Below, piece after piece: positions 60,891 to 64,000 of a stretch of 64,000 bases of DNA. The stretch lies in assembly GCA_965112155.1 (NCBI GenBank), contig OZ218098.1; one strand, given 5' to 3'. A program made the position numbers and the translations under genes. Every line of letters starts with the position of its first letter. Within the stretch, counting starts at the first letter, position 1. The notes beneath the pieces were generated by a model. That model was not told the origin of the DNA. It saw only the letters and a list, made by a program, of their open reading frames with translations, and ran no database searches. This DNA is from Podarcis liolepis (Eukaryota).

Positions 60891-62666
60891 CACTGGCTTG
60901 ATGGTATGTTCCTCTGGTGCTGCTAACACCCTAGGACTTTTCTGCCTCCCTCTCCTGGGAGTGGGTGAGGTGGGCAGCATGAGGTAAGAAGGAACATGGT
61001 CCCAGATTGAGGGCTGCTTGTTGGGAATTTAATATCAACTATTTAATATTTCAGTTAAACAGAACTAAAAACCTCTGTAGTGGATTCTTAATTTTATTTT
61101 GAAAATAGCTCAATTTAGTACTAATCAAATCCTACATTAGGTTTTGAATCATACTAATAATTTCAGTTTTACTTAGTTGAGAATGTAAATTTATTTGTTT
61201 GAAAACATACTTTAAACTAATTAGAAGGCTTGGAGGAGTATTACATTTTAGAATCTTGAATATCAGCCATGCAAGGTGCTTAAGTATAAATTCCTTCAGG
61301 GTTTTAAGCCCTTTGGCCTCTTGGCCATAAATTTAATTTCATTCCTGAGGCCTCTGCAAGACAGAGATCGAAAAGTGGATTATGTAGTAACTTTTTGAAG
61401 TCATTATTAAAAAGAGACCTGCTATTCACTTAAATAGTCCTAATCCAGTGTGGAGCTATACTTACCTAAGTCAATGGGACACATAATTTTGCACTGGTTT
61501 CTGGCTAATATATTTTGTCATAGGGAAATACTGATGAATCCTAATTCATTCAAACAATACATATTTTAAATTGTATCATTTACAATTTAATTATCTAAGT
61601 AAGTATTTTATAAACCTGCCCTCTGTGCATACTTCGTAGATACAGTTGTCATAATATCCTTATTCAATAAGCAATTCATTTTGTTGGTAACATGTTTGTG
61701 TAATTTGTAGAAGTTGCAAGCAGGATAATTGTTTCAAGACTAAAGGGGACATTGCTGGAAAGAGGATACTCTTAACATACGGTATCTGTGAGCACGATGC
61801 AATCATGGAGTCAAAATATGGTGTATGAATAATTTGATATATATTAAACGTTTTGTATGTCAATAGTTGCAACACAGTTTTTCAGTTAGAGATCACCTCT
61901 GTGCAAAGACATTCATATTGCAAGCATAGGCGGCTGCATGTAATACTGTAGAAAACTTCCTTTGAAAGCATATTTTTCCTTGGGATGTTTTTGAAAATGA
62001 CTTTTGCTAACCACTAAATGCTTTTACATGCAATTTTATTTACTCCAAAATGACTGAATATTTTGTTTAAGCAAGATAAGCGTACACAAAAAAACCCTAA
62101 CTTTATATGCGCAATAACTGTTAATGATAGGTGTCTAAAGTTTGTGAGCTTTATTGGTTGAAAATTGCTGCATGGCTAAGGGTAGATATATTGACATATT
62201 TGACCCAGTGATCTTATAAGAACTCTGACAGCAATATATGGATTCCATGCATACTAGAGACATGCGTCAGTCAATATAAGTCAGCTACCACTTGAATGGT
62301 GCTTCATGTTTGTAACACAAATTCATCTTGGACTCTAAGGCTGTGTACACATTGCCATTTATTCTGGCTCCAGTGCACTCCCGTTGCTGGTGTTTGAAGC
62401 CATGGACACATGACATTAGCCACAATCCATATCTATCCTTGAGTTTGGTACTGCTGTTTGGTGCGTTTCCCCTGAAACCAGCTTCTGTCCAATTTAAAAA
62501 CATAAGCTGAATTAAACATTGGCAGGGATGGGGGATGACAAGGTTGAACCTCATAACTGCCGTAGGGCTGAGCAGGAGTCCTCTAGTGTCACTCTCTGAA
62601 AATGGCCGGAAATGCAGGTAGGAGTGGAACCCCTGCATGACTGTGCCTCCAACTCCAAGCCCTCAG

Positions 62667-63210
62667 TTTATTTTATTTATTAAACTTGTATACCTCCCTT
62701 CACTCGCAGTTCTCAGGGCGGTTCACAACTTAAAAGTACAATATAAAAGCACAAAATACATGATGAAAACAAGAACAAAGCAATAGCCCCACCATAAACA
62801 CATTTGAAAAGGGGTATAAGATAATAACCAAAGGCCTGGTTGAAGAGGAATGTTTTTTGCCTGGTGCCTAAATGAGTAATGAAGGCACCAGGTGGACCTC
62901 CCTGAGGAGAGCATTCCACAGAGAAGCCACTGCAGAAAAGCCCTGTTGTTTTGCCACCCTCCAGACCTCTCATAGAAGAAGCACATGAAGAAGGGCCTTC
63001 GATTATGATCTCAGGGTCTGGGTAGATTCATATGGAGAGAGGCAATTCTGAGTTGCTCCAGGAGGATGCCATGGTTGATGATACTGAATGTCACTGTGAG
63101 AGAGTAAACAAGGCCACATTCTCCAGCTCCCAAGTCTCTCTCATTATGAAGATCATCAACCAATGTGACAGAAGCCATTTTAGTGCTGAAACAGGTTTGA
63201 GGTGGATTGC
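62667..63210 (-). mobile_element. L2-clade LINE fragment with 3' tail and internal deletion
   Basis: Reverse strand gives RAFLQWLLCGML (decayed RAFS..A..LWN) and VTLVDDL...FSIINHGILLEQL; (TTTA) tail at left. Confidence 0.75.
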
Positions 63211-64000
63211 GCTCATCTGCTTCTTCCATTCATGCATGGTCAATACAAGAAGGGGATATTTGAGATTTAGGCCACCTATTAATTTTAAATCACAGCTAAA
63301 CCAAACACACTTCTTTCATAGCAGGCTCACCAATTTTTAGCATTCCATTCACAGCTAGATGAGTTGGTAATACACAATCTTTAGGAGTTAAGTTTCTCTC
63401 TGCTAGCACTGGAATGGAGAAATGGCAACACTGAAGAGGTGCCCAATTTTGCCATGGACTGGTGGGCCATTCGCTATGCCTTGGCAGCCCAGATCTGCCA
63501 ACCCTTTAGACTATTTCAGCAATGGACAACTTCAGGCTTGTGGGATCATTCCACCAACTGTAAATAGGTACAAAATGGTGGATTATGGGGCAAAACCAGC
63601 TACCGACTGCACGCAGTGATTCTGGGTTAACTTACTTAAATAAGTACAAATCTACATCTGAGTTACTGCAGACCAGGGTTAGATAGCTACACAAAGATCT
63701 GGTTGAAGGCAACTAATTTAATACTAATGCTTTGCAGATGTAGAATATTGAAACTTGGAGAGAAGTGATTTGTACAGCATGGAGACAATTGTACTTGCAG
63801 TTTTAAGAAACAGCAAATTATAACAGAATTTATAAAGTTCCATTTTACAGCTGGGGAACAGCAATGCTCAGAGATGAGGTACATCAGGGTGCTGCATCAG
63901 ACTACAGGTTTTTGTTGTTGCTCTTGTTGAGCAGATGTGAATCAGAAATCCTTGCTGACATCTTGAACAGCCGATATACCCTGATTCTTTGCCCAATCGC

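Larger units (their letters stand above)
58586..61865 (+). other. KIAA1549L: Putative 3' UTR of KIAA1549L (end uncertain)
   Basis: Follows the stop codon; TE-poor and AU-rich; AATAAA cluster near 60444-60495 and at 60661; ATTAAA at 61843-61848 with upstream TGTA and downstream GU/U-rich sequence. Confidence 0.5.

Noticed and set aside
62200-64000. A downstream neighbouring gene
   Set aside because: No recognisable exon; the region holds an L2 fragment and unremarkable sequence.

Overview
Vertebrate genomic DNA from a squamate reptile, probably a lacertid lizard, judged from a Sauria-SINE tail and squamate-type CR1/L2/MITE content. The window holds the 3' part of one + strand gene, KIAA1549L (C11orf41, UPF0606/DUF3827 family single-pass membrane protein). 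Twelve GT-AG coding exons (521..58585, labelled A-L here) splice with consistent phases into 2217 nt = 738 aa + stop, covering the end of the ectodomain, the TM helix and the whole cytoplasmic tail, followed by a long 3' UTR. The introns carry five young copies of a TA-flanked Tigger/pogo-like MITE, two hAT-type MITE families with 8-bp TSDs, CR1 and L2 LINE fragments, tRNA-derived SINEs and microsatellites. Best leads: (1) an in-frame 24-nt microexon candidate at 14981..15004; (2) a near-identical inverted MITE pair bracketing exons F-K, which would circularise into a 1098-nt stop-free circRNA; (3) a CpG-retaining intronic patch with a donor and an in-frame 66-nt exon that could give a short C-terminal isoform; (4) a triple-nested L2>Tc1>MITE insertion; (5) a hypervariable TTAGCGG minisatellite core inside the MITE family; (6) miR-96/182 and Pumilio sites in the 3' UTR. 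No prokaryote-type system is present. Gene and repeat-family names come from recalled sequence knowledge, not from database searches.
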